Position numbers and translations under genes: made by a program
Notes under the pieces: generated by a model
Told to the model about the DNA's origin: nothing
What the model saw: the letters and a program-made list of their open reading frames with translations, nothing else
The model's database searches: none
Assembly (NCBI GenBank): GCA_977016875.1
Contig: CDRNST010000119.1
Span: 682,001-746,000, forward strand
DNA: 64,000 nt
Direction of reading: 5' to 3'
Origin: Pavona decussata
Lineage: Eukaryota
Shown: piece by piece, positions 23,568 to 34,000 of the stretch
Layout: every line of letters begins with the position of its first letter
Position numbering within the stretch: the first letter of the stretch is position 1

Positions 23568-24432
23568 TTCGGTTTGGGGAGCTCTTCAAAATTACCCAAT
23601 TACCATTGATCCTCTCCTGGTCATGGTCACTCTCGGATTGCTTTTTACACTTGAAGCAGAACATGGAAGAGAGTCCAAGGAGATTTGTGAAAAACAATAA
23701 ATTTGAGTTCCCCATAACACAAGGTACCAGGATCAACGCTGAAATATATATCGTACATAATTTGTCATTTTAATTTAATATAACATTATTACCTGTTCTT
23801 CTTACTGTTTAGACCAAATGTAAACCATTTATGCGAACTCAAAACTGTTACGCAATGAGAAGGAACTTACAACAAGTGATCCATACACTGTAGCAGTTTC
23901 CCTAATATATCACTAAAATCTCTGGAATGACTTATTTGGATTGTTTCAAAATATATTTGTACTTATCTTTGCCCCTAAGAGGCAAAAAATACATGAATGC
24001 CTTCTGACAAATGTATAGTTCACGTCATATTATTTCACCCATACACCTTAAAAAAGAAAAAGCTTCCGAAGCATCTACCTGGGTATATAATTGATTGCCG
24101 CACCTTACAGTGTTGCTTGAATCAATGCCATCACACTCTTCCCCACTTTGTGAAGAATAATCTTCTGTTGATGGTGCACTGTCTTCATGTGGGGCCCAGT
24201 CAGTCTCCTCTGTTTCCACCACATCATCCTTGAGATAGCGACATAGCGTGCGATTCTGTGACAATGACGTGATCGAGAGTTTCACGGTAACTCTGATCTA
24301 AATTGGACATTGCCTTGAATTCAGTTGCACAGGAATTTTTACCTGTTTCAGAAAAAAAGGTATCCCATGTAAAAAACAACCCATATAGAAAGGAACTTTA
24401 ATAATCTCACAGGCAAGCTTACATTTAATGCT

Positions 24433-24612
24433 TATGCCTGGTTTCCTTTGTTCACTATTATTGCTGCGATCGCCGAAAAAACGTGTTCAGCAATTGCAGT
24501 GATCATAATAGTTTAAGACCCAAATCATAGCAATCGCTTGTCCCTTTTTTGCACGTTCGCAGAAACTGTAGCGATCTTTAATGTCACAGCAATCATAAGG
24601 AAACCAAACATT
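24433..24612. mobile_element. Small palindromic MITE (Harbinger-like) in a Kolobok intron
   Basis: Inverted ends tggtttcctt / aaggaaacca and internal gcgatcgc-type repeats. Confidence 0.45.
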
Positions 24613-25039
24613 AAGCTTATATGCATGATGAATTGCACTTACTCTTCGTCACTTTCTATCAGTTAGGGAAGACGTGTATGACACCAGTGTATCTTGGATG
24701 GTATAGAGGTTCTGATGAATTCGTTGTTCATTTCAATCGCACTGTCACCATCCTTTGTGACAAGGGGCTTGTTTATAAAACAGCTCTCATCAAAATGAGC
24801 CAAACACAAACATGAGGACTTCTTCAGAATGAAATATTTCCAATGAATGTGCACAAAACGTGTCCACTTTGCAAGTAATTTCTCGTCCTACGGAAAGTAA
24901 TGCATGGTGATGTTTGTTTGTTGGGGTGCCCAGGGGGCAAAAACAACTGAAGCGAAACATATATATCTTGGTTGTTGCACAGTTTATCATGGACGCTTTT
25001 CGCAGCAAGTTCTCATAAATTCGCAGCAATAGATATTCA

Positions 25040-26563
25040 AATGGGGAAAGGAGATCGTTGTACTGTATTTGGGTGTAATAACGATTGTTGATATCCCGAA
25101 AATTATGTGATGAAAGACCATACGAGTTTCTTCGGAGGAAAACCATAAATACGTTTCTGGTCCTGCAAGGACCAGACGACTAAACAGGAAAAGTTTTAAG
25201 GTGAACAAACACAGTAAAGTTTGCCTTAATCATTTTGAACTTGGAAGACCAATAGACAGTCATCTGAATCCAACACTTTTTTTTTTAAAGGGCTACGATC
25301 ACAGCGATCAGGTTGAATCTAAGAGAAAGGCTCCTTTGGTAAGGTCACCAGAAGAGCCAAAGGGTAAGAAGAAGAGACAACCATCTGATGAAAACAACAA
25401 AGTGGGAAATGTTAAAACCAATTTTTTGGACACTGAACAAGAAGTGGAAAATAGTATTGTTGATATTTCAGACAATGAAACAATCAACACTGCTAAACAG
25501 GAACCACTGAAATATGAAGGGAACGATAAAGAAGATAAAGAAGGAAAATGTTCAAATGGGATAGAAGGCTCACAGACTAATTGGGAAGCTAAACGAAGCC
25601 CTCAGTCTACTAAGAAAGCTTACCCTGCATTTAACATAGAGAAAATTAAGCATTCAAACAACCTTATGAAACTCTATTCTGGTTGTCCTAACTACGAGAT
25701 ATTTTCATTTATTTTTAACAAAGTAAAACCTAAAGTTGCAAAGCTACAGTTCCACAAAAGGGAAGGTTACAAAAGAGGACTTAAAAACAACAAAAAATTA
25801 CCAGAAAAGCCCCTCCAAACCTGGTAGTAGAGGTAAAGCTGGGCCACGTAGTGAACTGGAACCTGAAAATCAGTTGCTGATGACGATTGGATTTACATAT
25901 TGAGGATTTAGCTTTTAGGTTTGGTGTTAGTGCAGCATCTGTTTCCCGTACTATTTCAACCTGGATGGAATTTCTTGGTAGGGAACTTAAACCCCTTATT
26001 TACTGGCCTACTGTGGAAGAAACACTTTCTTACAATCCATAGTGTTTTCTGTGAAATTTGAAAAAAAGTTGTAGGTATCATTGACTGCACAGAGCAACAT
26101 ATTGCAAAGCCCTCAAATGCAAAACTACAATATCAGACTTACAGCCAATACAGAAGTACAAATACACTTAAATAATAAATTGTTTGCACTAAGTCTGGCT
26201 CAATAAGTTATATATCAGATGCATATGGAGTGGAAACTTCAGATCGTTTTATTACAGAAGATTGTGGTGTAGTAAGCAAATTCAACAGGGGAATGGTAGC
26301 TTAAGGATCTATTTTTTCAAGGAACATGTAACAGTGGCTATGCCTCCCTTTACAAAGGGCAGAAAACAGTTTACAAAACTGCAAGTTGAAGGGCAAAAAC
26401 AATTTCAAGGGCAGGCATTCACATTTAGAGGGCCATTGGTTGCGTTAAAGAGTTTGAGTTATTAAAACATGAGCTTCCGTTGAACATGCTGGACTTAGCT
26501 GACAACATCTGGGTGATTGCAGGAGCTATTACAAACCTGCAGCCACTCCTTGTCACTGAATGA
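25040..26563 (+). pseudogene. ISL2EU transposase: THAP, HTH and DDE_Tnp_4
   Basis: RCTVFGCNN...KVCLNHF...PTLF; LYSGCPNY; DLAFRFGVSAASVSRTISTW; GIIDCTE...YQTYSQY...NTL; MPPF; AITNLQPLLV. Confidence 0.85.
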
Positions 26564-26911
26564 GTGGAACAGTCTTTTATTCTGAATGCCACGTTGAATG
26601 ACCTTGTCTTGTCAACAATGATTTCTCACTGAATGTAAATGTGAGTTAAAAAGAACAAGTGGAAGCATCAACTATGTCCTTAAGAATTGATCTAGCAATT
26701 ACTGTGGACAATATCTTCTTTGTGAAAAGCTCTGGACGTATGTAGTTTTTGAAGAAATGTTCAAAGTTTTCAACATGCCGTGTAGTTTGGATTAAAGGTA
26801 ATATTTTCTGTGAATGCGTCCTTTGTTGTATACACATAGAAGTACTCTTCTTGTTTTTCACATACAAACATCTGATGTTGCACCTGTGTGAAATATCTAT
26901 GTTTATTATTG

Positions 26912-27518
26912 ATAGATAAGTTAATCGTTTGTCTCACGATTGAGTCACAAAGATGTGGATCGCGACGTTTCGACCACTATACTGCTGGTCTTCATCAGGC
27001 GATGGTGTCGACTGATTGCGTGACAGTATAAGTAGCACCTTGGTTTTTGTTGATTGGTGCGTTTAAATCCTCTTTTAGGCTGTTGTTGATTGGAGGATTT
27101 CGATCCTCGTCGTTCAGACTAGAAATTGTTCCCTCGGCTGTCCGCCTTGGTACCGATCGGCTGCTGTGTTGTTTGATCGTGGGCATCCACGCTTCCGGAA
27201 TTTCAATTCCATTATCCCTATTGATGTTGTCAGGGTGAAGTCTTATGTGAATAGCCTCTTGAACCCTACGGGTGTACTAATGTGGGTCTTGGTCAATAAA
27301 CTTAACCTCATCCCAGAGCGGATAGTGGCCCGTCGCATTGCTGTGTCCTGAAACGGCGGAGGATTGGGTTCGAGCAAGCCGTATGTCTCTATCGTGTTCC
27401 TTAACCCTTTGCTGCATAGATCTTCCCGTCTCTCCAATATAAACCTTGCCACACTCACAGGGAATCTTGTAGACTACTCCGTCTTGTTTTGCAGGGTCGA
27501 CAGTGTCCTTAGGTTGGA
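26912..27518 (-). mobile_element. Penelope-like retroelement 3' fragment inserted into the YqaJ gene
   Basis: GIY-YIG C-terminus IDKDPH*YTRRVQEAIHIRLHPDNINRDNGIEIPEAWMPTIKQH plus a downstream hammerhead motif. Confidence 0.85.
26959..27003 (-). ncRNA. Minimal type I hammerhead ribozyme (Penelope-associated)
   Basis: AUCGC-CUGAUGA-a-GACCA gcaguauag UGGUC-GAAAC-GUC-GCGAU: perfect 5-bp stems I and II, GUC cleavage triplet, vestigial stem III. Confidence 0.78.
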
Positions 27519-29499
27519 CCCCTGTAAGACTTGTTTCCTGTCCCTTGTCACTGGAACTAACTAAGCAGCTCCCTTTTTCCTGGGCATACTCTGACGCTTA
27601 CTTGCCTCTGTGTGTCCAGGGGCATTTGCACTCAAAGAGGGTGTCTGGGCAGCAATCACATTTGCAGTCACCGTCAGGATTTGCTGCTATGTGAGGGTGT
27701 TTCACTGAGATTACTAGCCCTGACTCTGTGCAACTAAAGTTTTTGAGTTTTTTTTTTTTTCATTTGTTTGTGTGCCCCACTGGACTGATTTGCTCTTCAC
27801 CTCCGGAAGATAGCCATAGATCTCAGGACAAAGATTTTCTGCAGCAGTTTCATTTTTCCCTGTCATGTCCAAGTCATACTACACAATTTCATCATGTGCT
27901 TTTGAGGCTGTAATTCTCCCAACTCTATATTCCTTCCATTTTGAGTCCTTAGATTGCTCTCTTGTTGACTTGTTAACAAGAGCTGCCTCCTCTATTGTTA
28001 TTTTCATTGCCTCTTTCAGAGCAATAGATTTCTCCTGAAGACTGCCAAATGGATTCTTCCTATTTATCTCATCAACCATTTCTGGAATTGTTGGTGGCAA
28101 ACTGACAGATCAAGCAGACTTTGCAACTTGCATTTTATGGTCTACATAATCAGTTTTGATGAAGCAAAGCAATGCAGATGTACCACTCGAAGCCACAGCT
28201 ATTTTCTCCCAGTCCTCATTTTTAAAGTTTGAAAACCTGTCAGCAGGTGCTCTTGGGTCAAATACACTTCTGGCTAGACACTCCTCGTCTTCTGGACTGT
28301 GGAGCCCGGATTTGGTCTTCTTAATTTTCATATTTTTAGTCTTATCAGGTGAATTTTTTCGTTTGTTACTTGTCTTTTTCCTCCATTGCTGTGGAATGAA
28401 AGTACAGGTCTTCTTGTTTCCCACTCTTAGTTCATATTCTATGTAATGTAATAACGCAGATACATATTTACAGCTCTCTCCATACCTAGCGATGCACCCA
28501 CACTCCCCCATAAGAATGTCTCCATTCCCGGTACTTTGGCAGACCCACAGATTCTCGTTTGCGGGACAACTTTTCCACGTACATAACAAAACTTAAGACA
28601 GTCTGATATGTTATTGTACTCAACCTCAGTGACATGTCCTCTTTCATATAGATTTTTTCCCTCCTTCGCGGATTTCCTGTTATTGTTTTTCGACAAGTAT
28701 GCTGCCATGTCACTCATCATCATGTCAGGAAAATGATAGCTTCTCTTCAGCCAATTGTCCAGTTTCTCTGGGAAAGGAAGCGAAATTCCATCAATAAAGA
28801 GCTTTTCCTTTCTTCTTGCTGAAATTTGGACATCGTCTTGTTCTTTAGTGCTACACAATGGCAAATGTAGCCGAGAAGCATGGTAAACTTTCAACAACAA
28901 GTTGGGCTTACGAGTATCATTTGCGATAGCAATGCCACAATTTCTCAAATATTTTCGCAGTTTCTCGACATTCCATACATTTACCTCTTCCATACTGAAC
29001 TCTTTCGTGTTTTTATTCGGTTGATCAGCCATGACTAAACGGTGATTAGAAAGTACAAACAGCACTGTCAAATGACAACAATAAGCGCGTTCAGTCATGC
29101 AAGCATTCTTTGCCCCCTGGGCATCCCATAAGATACTGTTAAATTAAGTTATTCAAAATGGCTGCAGTATCGATAAAAAGATTTGTAGTTCTTTCCCCCT
29201 TTCTTTGCCTTCTTCTCCACCATAAAACTCGTGCTTTCTAACTTCTTTTTTATTTTATATGCACTTTAAAGCCATGACAATGAGAATAGATCCCTCAGAC
29301 ACATGTTTAAAATTTGGTACTTTCATGGTACCGTATCACCTATAATTGTCTGTACTCTATCAATAAGACTTAAAATAAAATAAAATTAGATAAATTGGTA
29401 GGATTGTTCTTAGTTAGTTTACACCGCTTTGGTGCTGGGCTAGAATCATGCTGGTTTTCGATTTCAGATGTTGGTTTTTGGCTTTGCTCAGTTTCCACA

Positions 29500-30780
29500 T
29501 TCATATCTTTATTGGCTTTGACAACCTTGATAACATCAGGGACAGGTCATTTCTTTGGTTTCTCTTGCGTTTTGCCAGTTTCCTCCTCCAGGCTTCGTTC
29601 CTCCTCCAATGCAGGTTTAATCTGCAAATTCCAATACAGAAAGTGGAATGCCTTGATGGAATCTGTGTCCAGTGATCTTCGTTTGTTGTCACGCATTACA
29701 TTGTATGCGGAAAATGAGCTCTCCAGGTCGTAGGAGCCGATGGTAGTGGTGCAGTAGCACGAGGATTTCCCAAAAGAGCTTTAAGTCCATTTTGTCACCA
29801 TCTCTTAAATTTTTCACAGCTTGAGGGCCTGTCTGCTTGATGTAAAGTTCCCACTTGTCCTTTGAGATGGATTTGATTCCTGGAATGCTGTTGATACTGT
29901 TATAGTTGCAATTGTAGTCAGTAAGCTTAGTAAGGTAGGAGCCTTAACTTTCGCCAATTTCAGTTGAGCGTGTATCTTTGTAACAAGCTCTTGACCGGAG
30001 TACATCTCTTCTAGGCTGAGGAGGGAGTTGCTGGCAGTGTTGCGCCCATGCCTGACTTCTTCTTTAATAAAATCACTAAGCACAAAAAAATTCTGCATAG
30101 TAAATCGTGGAGTGGAACCACATACTCCAGCTTTTTGTGGTGGGGTTCGGTGGCGCTCTCGCTTTTTTTCCAGTTGGGCTTTCCAGAAAGTTCAAGAGCC
30201 TACTTTTCCTTCCACTTGGAACATAAAGTAAGTTGTGGAAACATTTCATGAACTCACTGAGCTCGACCAAGCTTTTCTTAAAGTCCCAGGCAACAAGATT
30301 AATAATGTGACTGTTGCATGGGATGAAAACAGCTAATGGAAAAAGATAAGATAACGTGTTGTTAAATGCTTGCTTCACATAGGAAACATTCCTTTATTAT
30401 ACTTGTTCGTTTATCTTTCTGTATCATGTAATAGGCGAAGCTAATAAAATAAAATAAATAAATACACATCGTCGCTATGAAGACGTGAACACTGTCAAAA
30501 TATATGTTAAACCCATGGATGATTTGCACTACTGTCTGAGAAACTGTTTCTTTGTTTTTTTTTGTTTTTTTCGCTCAAAAAAGATGTGTCAAGCAGATAT
30601 GTGACAGATGTTCCACTCTGGGATAAATGATCAAAGCTTTGAGAAACAAGAGAGCTTTTTCGGGAGCTTTACAGGTCACTTCTCGGGCCAAGGAGTTTTC
30701 CAATTTTGAGACTTTTGACAAATGCATGCCTGGTTTACCGAGGATGCCGAGCACGCAAGAGAACACAGATCCTAGGCTAA
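29500..30780 (-). pseudogene. hAT-type transposase pseudogene (CGGBP1-like lineage)
   Basis: FPLAVFIPCNSHIINLVA, PSGRKSR, PPNPTTKSWSMWF, and a dimerisation-like DLESSFSAYNVMRDNKRRSL. Confidence 0.6.
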
Positions 30781-31070
30781 GAAATAAATTCTAAATTATT
30801 ATGCATGCGGCTTGAGTATCACAGTAGACTTAATATTCACTTGATTACAAAAAACGGCGCAAGGTCTTATTTTGCTTGCATTATGTTTGCCCCTTGTCTA
30901 GCCTTTGTAATCATGCGAAAATATTATTCCTTTGTCGGATACTGGATGAATAGCATAGATCTCTCTATTGATGTAATAATTTTGTCTGGAAATCACGTCA
31001 CATTTCGTCTCCTCAACTTAACTACAAAGAATTGTTATTCTTTTGCCTGAAGGTGTGGGGCAAACATATT

Positions 31071-34000
31071 TGTAGAACTGATTGTAAAGATAAGTTTTAG
31101 TTTTGCATTCTATTTTCGCGAGGGACGTTTGTGTAAGGTACAAAACCTTCGGCAATTACTGTAGTTTACCGATCCGTTCATTTTTTAGCTCCGAGACTTA
31201 GACCAGTCGAGATACAACAATCAATCAGTTCCTAACAGGTCCAGGTCCAGAAGATGAATCAAGAACAATCAACAACTGATCATATCGAATCGTTACATGG
31301 AGTGAAAAGCCGTGAACATGAACGCTTTGCTAAACAACAAACATCGCAGCCATTACAAATGTACAAGAAGTCACGTGATCCAAAATGGCGAGAAAACAAA
31401 CACATGGAACCCAGCCGCAACACCCCACCCCATGCGCCACTTAGTGAAGCATTACGACAGTGACTAGGCATGGGTTCCTGTACAGCTTGGTTATGCAATT
31501 AATTGTCAATATCAATGTCAATAGTGTTCACAGAGTGTCTCAATCATGACTGAGGTTTCCTGCCTCCTCCAATAGGCATAGCTTCTGAACAGGCCACACT
31601 AACGACGTGGTTGGTCCGGTCTTCGCATCGACAGTCCGCACTAGTTCGTCTCGTCCAGGAGTGGCCTTGATTACTCGGCCCAAGCGCCACCATCCTCTGG
31701 GCGCACTTTCATCCACAAAGAGTACAAGGTCTCCGACTTCTGCATTTTGACAGGGTTCGTATCATTTCTGTCTCTCCTGTAAGGCTGGGATGTACTCTTA
31801 AAGCCACCGCTTCCAGAAATGATCTGCCAAAATCTGGGTTTGCCTCCACTTCCTTTTAAACATGTCTTCCTTCACAAACGATCCAGGTGACAGGGCGTGG
31901 GCCATTCTCTGCAGCAACAAATGATTAGGTGTTAACGGTTCCCAATCATTAGGGTCATCAGAAGCAGCACAAAGTGGTCTGGAGTTTAGGATAGCCTCTA
32001 CTTCAGTGAAGACGGTCGCTACAACTTCCTCCTCAACTAGGCTTTCCCGCCCGGAGTATTGCATTCAGAGCTGCATGGATGCTGCGTATTAGTCTCTCTT
32101 AGACTCCACTAGCATGCGAAGCTTTCGGCGGTTGGAAAACCCACTGGCATCCCTTCTGCAGGACTTCATCCTGAATTTGCTACTGGTTCCAGCCCTCAAT
32201 GGCCTCTCTAATCTCTCTCTCAGCACCAACAAAGTTTGTTCCGTTGTCAGAGTAGATGGACTTGGTTGGGCCTCTTCGGTTCGTAAACCTTCTCAGAACG
32301 TTGATGAATCAATCAGATTCCAGAGAACTGGCCAACTCCAGTGTACTGCTCTAGAGTTCAGGCAGGTAAATATTGCACTCCATGGCTCTTCCCCTTTTGA
32401 CGTTTAAAGGGCCGAATTTGGCTCCAAATGCAACCGGTGCTTCAGAAATGCGCCCTCCGATTCTCATCACTCCATCAATCAACACTGGTCGGAGCTTAGC
32501 AATCTTGCTCAAGGGTTTGACATTCCCATGATTCTCCAAATTTTTGATCTCTACGGCATACACTTCTCTTTGCACCAGTTTCACTATGGCGATATTCGCC
32601 TTTTCCAAATTTGCTGTCATTAGGTACTTGTGGCTGGTGGCGCTGACTGTGCCCTTCTGTTTAAGATGCTGCAGGTACACTTTGAATTTCAACAGCCATG
32701 CTATCTTTCTTTGTAGCACGTTCTGGGAAGAGTACTTCTTGAGTAATTCATGCAACTTGTCTGGAACTGTCAATGTAAATATAGCCTCATTCTTCACCCC
32801 CGGGTCCTCTTCTCGCAGTGCGGCAATTTCAATATGTGGCCAATCCTCCTCAGGCTTTGACAGAAAGGCTGGGCCCTTGAACCATCTTTCATTGTGCAGG
32901 AGGTGGTTTACTGAAAGTCCACGCGATGCATCATCGGCTGGGTTGAGGGTCCCTGGACAGTGTCTCCACTCGCACTGCAATAATAGCAGCTTCCGACTCA
33001 AGTCTTGGCACAGAGACATACTGGAGAGGAGCGGTGTAGCTCTTGGCCATGACGAATGAACAATCTACAGTTCCATTCTTTGCATCCTTCCTCAAAAGCG
33101 AGACAGTTCCGTAACCAAATTTTGATGCATCACTGAAGTGGTGAAGTTAAAATGTTGCATCAGTGCAACATCCGCCTGGGAAATAACATCGAAGGATGCT
33201 TACATTGTTGAGGAGGGTCAAATCTTCCTTCCATTTCTTCCAGCCATTCAACAGGTCTTCAGGCAATGTCTCATCTCAATGAAGCTTTAATTGCCATGTC
33301 TTCTGCATGACCCTCTTTGCTGTCAGCAGGACTGGATCAACCATTCTGATTGGATCAAATGTGGAGCTTATCATTGACAAACATCCCTGCCTCGTATTGT
33401 CATCAAGCTTTTTCGGTGTAAGCGATACTTTCACTCCAAAGGTGTCTGTTTCAGTGCACTCCTAGCGCTCTCTCAATGGGAAGTTTATCAAAGTCGAGAT
33501 TCTTAATTGGTCTTTTTTCTGCTGGGATGGCAGCCAGCACTTTCTTGTCGTTAGAAAGAGACTTGGTAAGATGTAAGTTCCCTTTGCGCAATAACTGAAC
33601 CAAATGTAATGCTGCCTTAATTGCCCGTTCAGTAGCAGGCACTGAGAACAGGCAATCGTCCATGTAAAAATTTTTGCGAATGATTTCTCTCACTTGTTCC
33701 TCACAGGCATTGTCACTGTCAGTTGCTGTTCGTTTCAATGCATAGGCGGCAATACAAGTTGAATCCGCCTTTCCGAACAAGTGAAGAGTCATCTTGTGAT
33801 CACTTGGTGGTTCATTCATGCCTTCACTCCATTACTGGAACCAGAGCGCATCCATATCCTCCCCCAAGAAAGCTACCCTGTGAAACTTACTCTCGATATC
33901 AAAAGCCACTGCTACTTGATCCTTTTTGAACTGGAACAGTACTCCAATGAGTGAGTTGTTGAGTTGCATTCCTTGCAACAGTTCCTTATTAAGTGACATT

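Larger units (their letters stand above)
15825..23596 (+). mobile_element. Merlin (IS1595-like) DNA transposon carrying a second gene, with a nested L1
   Basis: TIR ggtaattttgaagaagagctccctaaaccga / tcggtttggggagctcttcaaaattacc; 8-bp TSD caatgacc (15817-15824) / caattacc (23597-23604); the Kolobok frame GSMV-IVKQYC is restored on removal. Confidence 0.88.
15140..24922 (-). pseudogene. Kolobok-type THAP transposase pseudogene (spliced), interrupted by Merlin and ISL2EU
   Basis: THAP MHYFP*DEKLLAKWTRFV...LCLAHFDESCF (24700-24915); MFCFKCK...GSMV|IVKQYCQSC...WRSQP, AAGNVLLS, SGDGRFDSMGHRAKYG, QTSCLEGFHS...HPK. Tentative TTAA|AGTGCA ends at 15021 and 29265. Confidence 0.72.
26646..29032 (-). pseudogene. 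ISL2EU second gene: SAP-like, SWIM and YqaJ (lambda-exonuclease-like) nuclease
   Basis: WNVEKLRKYLRNCG; CGCIARYGESCKYVSALL; TREQSKDSKWKEYRVGRITASK; HIAANPDG...FECKCPW; YFTQVQHQM. Confidence 0.85.
24923..29127 (+). mobile_element. ISL2EU (PHIS group) DNA transposon with convergent transposase and YqaJ genes
   Basis: TIR ggggtgcccagggggcaaa / tttgccccctgggcatccc enclosing both pseudogenes. Confidence 0.85.

Noticed and set aside
23568-23700. Continuation of the Merlin transposase ORF
   Set aside because: Read-through across the right TIR into antisense Kolobok sequence.
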